Shown here: positions 48,599 through 58,031 of the stretch, in pieces | Layout: the number at the start of each line of letters is the position of its first letter | Position numbering within the stretch: position 1 is the stretch's first letter | Assembly: GCA_965140445.1 (NCBI GenBank) | Contig: OZ223236.1 | Location: 2,816,001 to 2,880,000, forward strand | DNA: 64,000 bases | Origin: Candidatus Ozemobacteraceae bacterium | GTDB taxonomy: Bacteria > Muiribacteriota > Ozemobacteria > Ozemobacterales > Ozemobacteraceae | Direction: 5' to 3' | Translations under genes and position numbers: made by a program | The notes under the pieces: generated by a model | The model's database searches: none | Told to the model about the DNA's origin: nothing | The model's input: only the letters and a program-made list of their open reading frames with translations

Positions 48599-48617
48599 GG
48601 AGCGTTTAATTCAGCGG

Positions 48618-51600
48618 CTACATGCCTGTAAGCCTGTCCCCGATAATTGAAATTGCTCCAAATTCATTGTCTACCTTGCCTGAAATTAAAAAGACTCCTC
48701 CTTTGCCTAACAAGCGGGCATTTCTTTTCCATGCTCCGGGAAAAAAAGTGATTTCGGTAAGTCCTTTTTCATCTTCAAATGTTAAAAACTTCATTCGGTC
48801 GCCTTTTGAGGTAGTTACAGATTTTGCCGCTACCAACAACCCCACAGTTGAAACCTTCTTGCCAATATTTTTTGCAATCAAATCAGATGAAATACAGTTT
48901 AGTGGTTTGTCAAACAGCTCAACAGGATGTCCTGAAATGGCAAATCCAAGTGATTCAAGCTCGGACTTAATAATTTCCTTGCGGGAAGGGTATACGCAAA
49001 ATTTGTCAGGTATTTTCTGCTCTGTAATGATCAAGGAGCCTTCAGGCATAATTTTTCTATGCCATCTACATTGGGCAGGACTTCCGAATTCAGATAAAGC
49101 GCCAGATTTTATAAGATTTTCGTATTCTGAGGAATCGGGCCGTATTCTAAACAAAAAGTCAGACAAGCTTTCAAATTTCAAAATCTTTCTTTCACGGAGG
49201 ATTTTTTCTATCGTGCTGGTCTTGAGGTCTCCTATAAAAGATAAACCGGTAATTATTCCGTCTTTAAACGGAGAAAAGCCGTCATCACTTGTATTTATCG
49301 CGGGTGGATATAATTTTAGGCCAAGCCTCGAACTCTCTGAAATATAAGCTTGCGTTCCATAAAATCCTCCTCGATTGTTGATGGTTGCACTCATATAAAG
49401 AGCTGGGAAGCGTGATTTAAGCCATAGCAATTGCATGGATAAAATGGCATAAGATGCGCTGTGAGCTTTGCAAAAAGCATATCCGCAGAAGCTTTTAACC
49501 TGTCGCCAGATTTCAGAAGCTACTTTTTTGCTTAGGCCATTTTTCATTGCTCCGCTTATAAAGTCATTCTCGACGGCAATCATATTTTCCTGGCTCCGCT
49601 CTTTACCACTCATGGCACGTCTAAGATAATCCGCTTTGGTAAGTGAAAAACCAGCAATCCTGGCAGCAACCTTCATCACATCTTCCTGATAGACCATTAC
49701 GCCGTGAGTATCGGCAAGAATTTCGTCCATTTGTGGGCTAAGGGAAGTCCATTTTGCTTCTTTTCGATGTCTTTTTATGTATTCCTGCATCATCCCACTT
49801 TCTGCTACTCCTGGTCTGATAATGGAGCTTGCTGCAACAAGGCCTTTAAAGGTTGAACAAGAAAGCTTTCTAAGCAAATTGCGCATTCCAGGGGATTCTA
49901 TATAAAAAACTCCCATGGTTTGTCCGTTTTTAAGGAGTTCTGATGTTGTTCTATCATCTTCAAGATTTTCTGGAAGCATTATTGGTGACAGGTCCTCACC
50001 TTTGTTTAGAAGCGCTTGAGTTACGTCAGAGTAAACTCCCAGCGCTCTTTGAGAAAGAATATCAAGCTTTACCAGACCTGCTTTTTCAATAGCCCGCATT
50101 TCATATTGTGTTGCATTTAAAACCTTTGAGGAAGGACTGGTTGCACAAAAATCAAAAATTGTTTCAGGCGCTATTACCAACCCTCCAGCGTGAAGTGAGC
50201 TGTGGGCGATAAGTCCCTCAATTGAAAGAGACATTCGCAGAAGATTTTTTATTTCTGGTCTCTTGAAATCATTTGGATCCAACTCTGGCCTGGATTTAAA
50301 CGTTTCCCTAAAATCTGAAAGGCTTCTGAAGCCGATTGCTGATGTGATTTTGCTTAATTCATACTCGGGGATTCCTAGAGTTTTGGCGGTTTCTCTAACC
50401 GCTCCGCGCCCCCTGAATGTCGTATGGGTTGATATAAGAGCTACTTTGTCTTTGCCCCATTTTGCTTTGAGATAATCGTAAATTTGGTCTCTTACTTTCC
50501 ATGAGAAATCAAGATCTATGTCAGGTGGGGATTTCCGGCCTTTGTTTAAAAACCGTTCAAAATAGAGATCATGCTTAATTGGATCAATTTGGGTAAAATC
50601 TAAAGCATAACTAATGAGACTGTTAGCGGCAGAGCCTCTTCCTAAAACTCGGTGCCCAAGCTCGTTAGATTTTCTGGTTATATCATGAACCACTAGAAAA
50701 TAATCCACTAAACCCATTTCTTTAATCAGATTAAATTCTTTTTCAAATCGACTTAAAACGATCGGGGTTAATTGCTTGAATTTTGCTTTTAACCCATCCA
50801 AACTTAGTTCATAAAGAGTCTTTTCTGCCATTTCTTTGTTATTGTAAAAATCAGGCATAAAGAATTTATCAGTGGAAGGAATATAGGTTGGTTGAGAGAC
50901 AAACTCAAAGCTGTTTTTTATTGAAGCAAGGTTTCCTCCGAAATGCGATTTATCATATAGCTTCTTTGATGGAAAAATGGCTTCTATTGGTTCAACATCA
51001 TTAAACAGAAGATTATTTTTTACTGCTTTTATCAGCCTAAGTTTAATAGCATCCTCTGGCTGGACCGCATTTAAAATTAATTCAGCAATATCTTTGATTT
51101 TGAAATTACGGGAAACCTGTTGAAAATTTTGCCAGTCTGCTACTGCGGCTCTAGGCTCAATTCCTGCGTAGAGCTCCCAATTTGATTGATGTAAAATTTT
51201 TATGGCTTCAATTGGAGTTTTAAGAGAAACTATTGCGCGACCATAGCCTTGAATTTCCTGAAGATTTTGTAAAAGCATATCGATTAGATATGCACTATTC
51301 GTTTTTTTATTGTGGCTGAAGTTTTGAATAATCACAATTTTCGCACTTAAGAATTTATTCAGCCAACGAAATCCTGTTTTATCGTCGGGGTAAAAAATTA
51401 TTTTAAAAGAATCTGAAAAGAAAATTTCTATTCCGTAAAGCAATCTCAGATCAAGTCTTTTAGCGGCATCTATGGCGCTTATTAGCCCTCCCATAGAGTT
51501 TGAATCAGTTATGGGAAGGTAATCAAAGCCAAGGCTTTTCATTTTTAATGCAAGCTGCTCAGGAAAAATTACGCCTTCGCCAATTGAAAAAGCACTTTTA

Positions 51601-51626
51601 AAGCCAACAGGAAATAAGTCGCTCAT
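48618..51626 (-). CDS. dnaE: C-family DNA polymerase III alpha-like protein, probably accessory/DnaE2-like
   Basis: 'GRGSAA', 'FERFL', 'PDIDLDF', 'HAGG', 'KLDIL', 'YQE', 'YAFCKAHS', OB-fold; degenerate PHP; no C-terminal tau-binding region. Confidence 0.85.
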   Translation of the reverse strand: MSDLFPVGFKSAFSIGEGVIFPEQLALKMKSLGFDYLPITDSNSMGGLISAIDAAKRLDLRLLYGIEIFFSDSFKIIFYPDDKTGFRWLNKFLSAKIVIIQNFSHNKKTNSAYLIDMLLQNLQEIQGYGRAIVSLKTPIEAIKILHQSNWELYAGIEPRAAVADWQNFQQVSRNFKIKDIAELILNAVQPEDAIKLRLIKAVKNNLLFNDVEPIEAIFPSKKLYDKSHFGGNLASIKNSFEFVSQPTYIPSTDKFFMPDFYNNKEMAEKTLYELSLDGLKAKFKQLTPIVLSRFEKEFNLIKEMGLVDYFLVVHDITRKSNELGHRVLGRGSAANSLISYALDFTQIDPIKHDLYFERFLNKGRKSPPDIDLDFSWKVRDQIYDYLKAKWGKDKVALISTHTTFRGRGAVRETAKTLGIPEYELSKITSAIGFRSLSDFRETFKSRPELDPNDFKRPEIKNLLRMSLSIEGLIAHSSLHAGGLVIAPETIFDFCATSPSSKVLNATQYEMRAIEKAGLVKLDILSQRALGVYSDVTQALLNKGEDLSPIMLPENLEDDRTTSELLKNGQTMGVFYIESPGMRNLLRKLSCSTFKGLVAASSIIRPGVAESGMMQEYIKRHRKEAKWTSLSPQMDEILADTHGVMVYQEDVMKVAARIAGFSLTKADYLRRAMSGKERSQENMIAVENDFISGAMKNGLSKKVASEIWRQVKSFCGYAFCKAHSASYAILSMQLLWLKSRFPALYMSATINNRGGFYGTQAYISESSRLGLKLYPPAINTSDDGFSPFKDGIITGLSFIGDLKTSTIEKILRERKILKFESLSDFLFRIRPDSSEYENLIKSGALSEFGSPAQCRWHRKIMPEGSLIITEQKIPDKFCVYPSRKEIIKSELESLGFAISGHPVELFDKPLNCISSDLIAKNIGKKVSTVGLLVAAKSVTTSKGDRMKFLTFEDEKGLTEITFFPGAWKRNARLLGKGGVFLISGKVDNEFGAISIIGDRLTGM

Positions 51627-51826
51627 GAGGAAAATATATCACAGACTTCCAATATCAAGAAAAAATTGGTTATAATAAATTGTGATATTACAAAATAATA
51701 TTAATTTAAAAATTTCTGTAACCTTATGTGTCGTTTGATCGTATTATTAATTGTGAGAAGGTAAATTTTGTTTTTTGAACAAAGTGTACCAGTTAATAAA
51801 AGAGTTTTACTTTTTGGAGGGTAAAA

Positions 51827-53110
51827 ATGAAATTTTGGAAGACAATTTTCCTCGTAATTTCCGTTCTTTGCATTTTCTCTGGCGTTGCTATGTCACAGGA
51901 CACTGGAGACGAAACAAATGAAGATCCTGCTACAACTGAAGCAGCTCCAGTTCCAGATAATGCTGAAATGGCATTAGGATTTGACAGTGGAGCAACCCCT
52001 ACTTTGCCTGCCAATTTCCGTGGCGGTGACCCAGACACTGGATTAGTCCATGCATTGGAAGATGTATATTATGAAAAGCAGGAACATTCTCTTATTTATA
52101 ATGCCAATGCCGCAGAACTCGCTGAAGGCGCAAAATTTGAGTCTGACCCAAACATTACCTGGGATACCAAAGTTAAAGACGATGACGGAAACTGGACTAC
52201 TCAGACTTCTCAAAATACAAATGTTGCCAGAGATGGCGGAAAGTTTTTTGAACCTGGAGAATATCAGATAGGAAATAGCGGAGCAAGACAAGTTGCAGCT
52301 GGTTCTGGTGGTGCAGAAGATACATCCGGTTCCGAAGGCGGAGCAGCTTCTGATACATCTCTTGTTGACGAATCTGGTGAAACAGGAGAAGGCGGAACAA
52401 AGACTGTTACTGCACAGCAATCAATGGGCGTTTTGGTTCATGATTCAACTTCTCCTGATGTGTGGGTTGCTTTCCAGGAAGGTGCTGGTAGTGTAGATAT
52501 GGCCGAAACAGAAAAAGAATTGCAGACTGAAATAATGACAAAAATTATTGAAAAAGCTGGAAGACCTTTTTCATCAAATCCTGAAGATTTTGAAGAAGCA
52601 AGTTATCTATTTGTAGATGAAGGAACTAAGGATGAAAGAGATGCTGATCCACTTAAAAAGACAGCCAGACTTTCAATTGCCGGTCCTCTGTTTAATGAGA
52701 GAGGTGCGCCAAAATTTGAATCAGGTCTTGTTCCTTCTAAACCAGATGAAAAAGACATGACCCAGCAGGTTCACGTATCTGGAGGCCCAGATAAGAATCT
52801 CAAGGGAGTTTTTGTTAGAAGAAATGTTCCTTTCATCTTTGCCGCAATGGGTGTTGACAACGGAAACAAACGTGGAAACATTGCTGAAGTTGCTTGCAGA
52901 ATCGAAACTGCTGATGGTAAAGAAGTTGAAAAGGAAGAAAATGCTTTCTTGTTCAGAGTTCCAAACTACCCAAGAGAAGAATACAAAGATCAGCCTGAAT
53001 ATTATTTTGTAGCTCTGGGATCAGATAAAGAGGGTAACATTACTACCATTAGACTGCCTCTTTATGTTATGAATACAAAAGTATCTTATGAAGGTGGAAG
53101 CAACGAGTAA
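51827..53110 (+). CDS. Secreted acidic hypothetical protein, Ig-like modules
   Basis: GGAGG RBS; signal peptide; 'VHDSTSP' and 'DKEGN' motifs. Confidence 0.7.
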   Translation: MKFWKTIFLVISVLCIFSGVAMSQDTGDETNEDPATTEAAPVPDNAEMALGFDSGATPTLPANFRGGDPDTGLVHALEDVYYEKQEHSLIYNANAAELAEGAKFESDPNITWDTKVKDDDGNWTTQTSQNTNVARDGGKFFEPGEYQIGNSGARQVAAGSGGAEDTSGSEGGAASDTSLVDESGETGEGGTKTVTAQQSMGVLVHDSTSPDVWVAFQEGAGSVDMAETEKELQTEIMTKIIEKAGRPFSSNPEDFEEASYLFVDEGTKDERDADPLKKTARLSIAGPLFNERGAPKFESGLVPSKPDEKDMTQQVHVSGGPDKNLKGVFVRRNVPFIFAAMGVDNGNKRGNIAEVACRIETADGKEVEKEENAFLFRVPNYPREEYKDQPEYYFVALGSDKEGNITTIRLPLYVMNTKVSYEGGSNE

Positions 53111-53134
53111 ACTTATTTTTGAGGTAGTACAAAA

Positions 53135-54160
53135 ATGAAATTTAGGAAAACATTTCTTGTTACAGTAGCATTAATATCGGTCTCACTAATGCTGCTTGCT
53201 CAGGCGAATGACCAAAACGCAGCAGAAACAAATGATGGTCCCAAATGGCTGAAGGGAGTAACAATTTCTCCGTATCCTGAAGAATTAAGCCCAGTTTTGC
53301 CATGTAAGATTTATGATGGTAATGGAGGCGCAGTTCCAGGAACTTTTACAGAGGATGTTCCCATAACAGTTATGGCAGATTCAAAGATATTTGAAAATTT
53401 GCCTCCCTCTGAGTATAAGGGAAAGCCAATTGAGAATTCGGTTTGGGCCGATAAGGTTGCAGTTTCCTGGTATTTTATTGATTGGGAAGAAAATAAAAAT
53501 ACCGAAGCTTCAACAACTTATGATGTCGCAGCTAATCAAATGGTAATAACCCCTTTAAACCCCACAGGAAAAGGAGCTGTAACCTGCCATCTTGGGCGAA
53601 GAATGAGATATAATAATTCTGAAACAGGAAAGGTTAAAGTTACTTTTTGTAATTCAAGTGGTGCGAAAGATGTAAGAGTTCTGGATATTACTCCTCCAAC
53701 TTGCGGGTTGGAAGTAAGTGTTAAACAAAGTGGCAAAGCAGGCGTTTTTTGGGCTGTTGAAAACCCTCCCAATAAATATCCCTTACCTAAAATTGCAGAT
53801 ATTTATTTAAGCGGCCCATTATTCCTTTCAGCCGGAGAAGCAGAAACTTTGGTCGTTCCTTCCCTGGAGTTGGGCGCGAATATGATCGTAACACCAGATA
53901 AAGCTGCCTTACATGTTCCAGCAGACGCTATTTTAACTTTCAAAATGGTTGGTGGCGATAATTACAAGCTTGATGATCAGAAAGTAAAATTTGGTATTTG
54001 TGCTGGAGCAGGCGGAGAACCAGTTCCAGTCGGGACAGTAAATCCTGCTGAGATAGATTTAAAATCTTTAAATCTTCCTGATGACCCGCATGTTTATATT
54101 GATGCAACTGATCTTGCCGGAAATAGACAGGTTGCATTTGTGCCAATAAAGATCAATTAG
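53135..54160 (+). CDS. Secreted hypothetical protein, Ig-like modules
   Basis: GAGG RBS; signal peptide; 'VLDITPP' and 'DLAGN' motifs. Confidence 0.7.
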   Translation: MKFRKTFLVTVALISVSLMLLAQANDQNAAETNDGPKWLKGVTISPYPEELSPVLPCKIYDGNGGAVPGTFTEDVPITVMADSKIFENLPPSEYKGKPIENSVWADKVAVSWYFIDWEENKNTEASTTYDVAANQMVITPLNPTGKGAVTCHLGRRMRYNNSETGKVKVTFCNSSGAKDVRVLDITPPTCGLEVSVKQSGKAGVFWAVENPPNKYPLPKIADIYLSGPLFLSAGEAETLVVPSLELGANMIVTPDKAALHVPADAILTFKMVGGDNYKLDDQKVKFGICAGAGGEPVPVGTVNPAEIDLKSLNLPDDPHVYIDATDLAGNRQVAFVPIKIN

Positions 54161-54169
54161 TTGCCATTT

Positions 54170-54216
54170 AAGAAACTGCCGGGTCACCATTTTGGTGTTT
54201 CCCGGTTGTTTCTTTT
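54170..54216 (+). terminator. Possible intrinsic terminator
   Basis: Imperfect stem aagaaac..ccggg...cccgg..gtttctt plus T-rich tail. Confidence 0.5.
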
Positions 54217-54268
54217 CTGGCGAAGTCAAAAAAATTATGTTATCTATAAGAAAAAAATGGGGTAAATA

Positions 54269-54907
54269 GTGGCTTTTGAAACCAAAAATAGAAAAAAAGG
54301 AATGACCTTTGTTGAGGTCATGTTAGCCTTTCTAATTTTGGGAATGATTTTTCTTCCAATTTTTACATTTCTAACTGGCGCAGTTAAGGATACAGAAAAG
54401 TTTTACACCGAGACTATAGCCATTTCCAGGGCAAAATTCATAATGGATTCAATTATGTTTCAGATTCCCTGGCGAGCAATTAGGCAAGGTAATCCATGTA
54501 GATTTGAAGATCCTAAAGACGTTGCTGGAATTAATGCTTTTTTGCGTAAAGCTATTCCCAGAATGTTTGGAGATGGCTGTGAAACGCCTGATAGCGACGT
54601 CTTTGTCGGAGATGGAATCTATACAGATAGAAAAGGTTTTAAATATAGGGCAAGGGTAAAGGTTGTTGATCTTGATTACGACTCTACCTCTGACCCAATT
54701 AAATTTCCAATCGAAGTTCCTGGTAAACCTTTACAGGTATTTAAGATAAATGAATTAGTACCGAAAGACGCTGATGGGAAATATAATTTAATTAAGAAAA
54801 TTGTTGTTCAAGTTATGTGGTCTAACAAAAAGAAAACTGACCCACTTGATGATTCACAGGCGAGAGAATTATTTCTTGTAGCTTTTAAATCAAACCTGGA
54901 GGGCTAA
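54269..54907 (+). CDS. Type IV pilin-like protein (PilV/GspI-like)
   Basis: Class III signal 'RKKG|MTFVEVMLA' with E5. Confidence 0.85.
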   Translation: MAFETKNRKKGMTFVEVMLAFLILGMIFLPIFTFLTGAVKDTEKFYTETIAISRAKFIMDSIMFQIPWRAIRQGNPCRFEDPKDVAGINAFLRKAIPRMFGDGCETPDSDVFVGDGIYTDRKGFKYRARVKVVDLDYDSTSDPIKFPIEVPGKPLQVFKINELVPKDADGKYNLIKKIVVQVMWSNKKKTDPLDDSQARELFLVAFKSNLEG

Positions 54908-54908
54908 C

Positions 54909-55442
54909 ATGGGAAGAAAAGGTGTAGCTATAGTTGTTGTGCTTTTCTTTGCTTTTTCAATTGCCCTTCTTTTGTTTTTTATGGCAAGATCTAATACTAA
55001 TCTGGCTTATCAAAATAAAAAGACTCTAAGACAGATGCAGGCTTATTACCTTGCTCACTCCGCCTTACAGCACACTAAGCTTCAGCTTAGGCTTCTTCCA
55101 AAAGAGACTTATGAATTTTTTAACAAGGGTGGAACAGGTAATCCATACTATCTTATAGATTCCTCAAACTATCCACCTCTTGCCATGGGCGGTTTTACCA
55201 AGGAAAAGATGAAATACAATCTTTTTGGTAAAGACAAAGCTCCAGATAAAGAGTTTCCGTATGGTGGAAGATATTTCGTTGAAAAAATGGAGCTACAGGG
55301 CTCTCAGGACAGCATGAAATTGGTCCAGGATGGCTATAGAATTGTAGTTAAGGCATCAATTAATGCCGGCAAAGGTAAGGAATTTTCTGATGAACTGGGA
55401 GAAACAGTAATTGTTTCCAGATACACAGGTGGTATCAAATGA
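54909..55442 (+). CDS. PilX/GspK-like minor pilin
   Basis: 'RKG|VAIVVVL' lacking E5; 'QAYYLAHSAL' typical of PilX N-terminal region. Confidence 0.75.
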   Translation: MGRKGVAIVVVLFFAFSIALLLFFMARSNTNLAYQNKKTLRQMQAYYLAHSALQHTKLQLRLLPKETYEFFNKGGTGNPYYLIDSSNYPPLAMGGFTKEKMKYNLFGKDKAPDKEFPYGGRYFVEKMELQGSQDSMKLVQDGYRIVVKASINAGKGKEFSDELGETVIVSRYTGGIK

Positions 55443-56509
55443 CCTTATATCATACAAAAACTAAATTTCAGGAAGCATTCTTGAATCGAAAAAATGGATT
55501 TACGGTTCTTGAAGTAATGCTTGCTGTGTTAATGTTAAGTCTTTTGTTTGGCTCTGCATACGGTGTAATGAGATATTCACGCTCTGAAACCGAAAAAGGT
55601 TTCTGGATTCAATCGGCCATTACTCAACTTAGAAATGGTACTCGCATGATAACTTCCAGGTTAAAGCAAACCTCTTATCCGTCAACAATAATAAAAGATG
55701 GAGCTGGCAACGAAAAGGTAATTAGCTTTAAGGAAAAGCGTTCCTATGATGCAACCGGACGTTTGAGGGATCTGGAAGTAAATGATGATGAAAGTTATGA
55801 AATGCATGTGTTGCTAAGTGGCAGCGCGCCAATTAGCCCGGGGATTTCTGATCAAACACTAATGTATTTTCCGATTTGTACGCCTGAAAAAGATGTGATC
55901 GGTGGTTACGAAGAAGGGACAATTCTTTGGGTTGAGTTACAGCTTAGGCCGGCAAAAGATTATAAATATTCTGGCCTTGGAGATTTATACATAATTGAAA
56001 GAACAGACACATATAATACCAAATCTGACCCTGATGATCGGGCTTTTGGTTTAAGTAAGGGCTATAGTAAGGATTTACCACTTAAGAAAGAACAGGTTTT
56101 GGTTTCAGATGTCAGGGAAGTAGAAATTGATTCTTATGACATTAAAGAGAGCAGGGGGATTTACGTTACCAAGAGTGGCCAGAAATATGAAAAAGAGCGT
56201 AAGAAAATCTTGCTCTCAATGGAGATCGCCTGTCGCCATCCCAAAGACAAAAATGTTTGGCTGAGCGATCAATGCTCAATTATCAATAACGTTGATCTGG
56301 TTAAGCTTGCAGGGTCCAAAATTATTGAGCTTGTTAAAGTTATTGCTTCTGGCCCTTCTGGTTCTGTAGTCATAAGCATTAATGGCGTTGAGAAAACATA
56401 TACAGTAGGATCTAAAGTCGGAGAATACGAAGTTTCTTCAATTCAGGAGAAGTCAGTTGGTCTGGTTATGCCAGGGTCCGATATTGAAAAATTCATTGCT
56501 TTGAAGTAA
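55439..56509 (+). CDS. Type IV pilin-like protein (PilW/GspJ-like) with extra C-terminal beta domain
   Basis: 'RKNG|FTVLEVMLA' with E5. Confidence 0.8.
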   Translation: MTLYHTKTKFQEAFLNRKNGFTVLEVMLAVLMLSLLFGSAYGVMRYSRSETEKGFWIQSAITQLRNGTRMITSRLKQTSYPSTIIKDGAGNEKVISFKEKRSYDATGRLRDLEVNDDESYEMHVLLSGSAPISPGISDQTLMYFPICTPEKDVIGGYEEGTILWVELQLRPAKDYKYSGLGDLYIIERTDTYNTKSDPDDRAFGLSKGYSKDLPLKKEQVLVSDVREVEIDSYDIKESRGIYVTKSGQKYEKERKKILLSMEIACRHPKDKNVWLSDQCSIINNVDLVKLAGSKIIELVKVIASGPSGSVVISINGVEKTYTVGSKVGEYEVSSIQEKSVGLVMPGSDIEKFIALK

Positions 56510-56559
56510 TGGTAGTAATATAATAGTTTATAACTCTTTGTAATACATATAGGCGAGAA

Positions 56560-57108
56560 ATGAACCATACTTCCTTTATTCTAAAAATTGGTCTTATTTG
56601 TTGTTTTATAGCTTTTTTTTCAATGGCTAATGTTTTTCCAGTGTTCGCAGAAGCAACAAATGGTTCTGCCCCGGTTAGTAGTATTGTTACTCCCAATTCA
56701 AACATAAATACCAATAATCATCTAGATAACGATGAGTCGGCAAAGCACATTCATTCAACTTCTGATGAAAATGAAGCTTTTTGCGATGACGACTGTAATG
56801 TCGACCATGATCACCACCATCAGCACGACCACCCAGCTCATGGCGAATCTGGACAGGTTTGTGATGACGACTGTGATGTCGATCATGACCATCATCATCA
56901 CCATCACGATCACTCAGCTCATGGTGAACCTGGGCATGTTTGTGATGATCATTGTGGACACGATCATGCGGCCGAGATTGCAATGAATCAGCCGGATACC
57001 CTGGAAGAAAAAAATAAGGCTTTAAAACGAAATGCCACTTATATGTCAGTATTCGCGATCATTTTTGTTGGGATTTCAACTTTCTTAAGAAGAAGAAAAC
57101 GACTATGA
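56560..57108 (+). CDS. Exported His/Asp/Cys-repeat protein with C-terminal TM anchor and basic tail
   Basis: Signal peptide; repeats 'CDDDCxVDHDHHH..HDHxAHGE'; TM followed by 'RRRKRL'. Confidence 0.8.
   Translation: MNHTSFILKIGLICCFIAFFSMANVFPVFAEATNGSAPVSSIVTPNSNINTNNHLDNDESAKHIHSTSDENEAFCDDDCNVDHDHHHQHDHPAHGESGQVCDDDCDVDHDHHHHHHDHSAHGEPGHVCDDHCGHDHAAEIAMNQPDTLEEKNKALKRNATYMSVFAIIFVGISTFLRRRKRL
56779..56968 (+). repeat. Intragenic tandem repeat (78- and 81-nt units plus a partial third)
   Basis: Units begin tgcgatgacgactgt (56782), tgtgatgacgactgt (56860), tgtgatgatcattgt (56941). Confidence 0.85.
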
Positions 57109-58031
57109 AAAAAATTATTGAAATTGAAGATGTAAAGTTTGCTTACAATGCTGGTTCTGAGATTTTAAAAGGAATTAATCTCGAAGTCTTTCAAGGCGAA
57201 ATTATGGTTCTTCTGGGGCATAACGGTGCTGGGAAAACTACCTTAATGAGATTAATTCTGGATTTTATCAGAGGTTATTCCGGTAAAATTCTTATAAATG
57301 GTAAAAGTTCCATTGACCCAGAGTCCAGGGCTAATATCGGATTTATGTCTGAGCATCCCGTTATTTATGACTTTGAAGATGCAAGGGGATATCTGAATTA
57401 CTATGCGAGCTTAATTGATTCTATTTCTGTAGAAAAAGAAAGAATTGATTATCTGCTTGGCCTTACTGGTCTGGATGTGCATAAAGATAAAAAATTGATT
57501 TCCTACTCAAAGGGGATGCTTCAAAGATTAAATCTGGCGCGTTCTCTTTTGAATGATCCAGAGCTGTTAATAATGGATGAGCCTATTATCGGTCTTGACC
57601 CCATAGGGCAGGAGCTTATTGCTAATGTTGCTCAGGAAAGACGTAAGGCCGGAAAGTCTGTTTTAGTAAATACCCATTCTGTTAGTTTCGCTGAAAAATT
57701 GGCCGATAGAGTTGGTTTTTTGATGGGTGGCGAGTTAAAGGTAATTATGGATAGGTCAGAGTTTATGCGCAATAGTTTTCCAATGATGATCTATTTCAGA
57801 GCTGGAGATGAGACCGACCAAAAAAAGCTTTTTGATGATTTTCCAGAAGCAAAAAAACAAGAAGATGCTATTGCTGTGACGATTTCCAGGGAAGAAAATT
57901 ATAAGGATTGTATGCTGAAAAGTATTGAGCATGGTTTAAAGCTTGTTGGAATAAGCTCAGCGCATTCAATACTGGAAAAAAAATTCCTGGAATATGCTTC
58001 AGTTCTTAAAAAAGAGGACAGAACAAGATGA
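57105..58031 (+). CDS. ABC transporter ATP-binding protein (PilH-like)
   Basis: GHNGAGKTT; 'YSKGMLQR'; 'MDEP..GLDP'. Confidence 0.9.
   Translation: MKKIIEIEDVKFAYNAGSEILKGINLEVFQGEIMVLLGHNGAGKTTLMRLILDFIRGYSGKILINGKSSIDPESRANIGFMSEHPVIYDFEDARGYLNYYASLIDSISVEKERIDYLLGLTGLDVHKDKKLISYSKGMLQRLNLARSLLNDPELLIMDEPIIGLDPIGQELIANVAQERRKAGKSVLVNTHSVSFAEKLADRVGFLMGGELKVIMDRSEFMRNSFPMMIYFRAGDETDQKKLFDDFPEAKKQEDAIAVTISREENYKDCMLKSIEHGLKLVGISSAHSILEKKFLEYASVLKKEDRTR

Noticed and set aside
48622..49347. 241-aa + strand ORF
   Set aside because: Antisense shadow of dnaE with no motifs or RBS.
51678..51695. ttgtga-ta-ttacaa as CRP/Rex or SOS operator upstream of dnaE
   Set aside because: Spacing fits neither CRP (N6) nor Rex; AT-rich context makes chance likely.
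56687..56986. Alternative-frame ORFs rich in Met/Thr/Ile or Arg/His
   Set aside because: By-products of the His/Asp codon repeat in 56560..57108.
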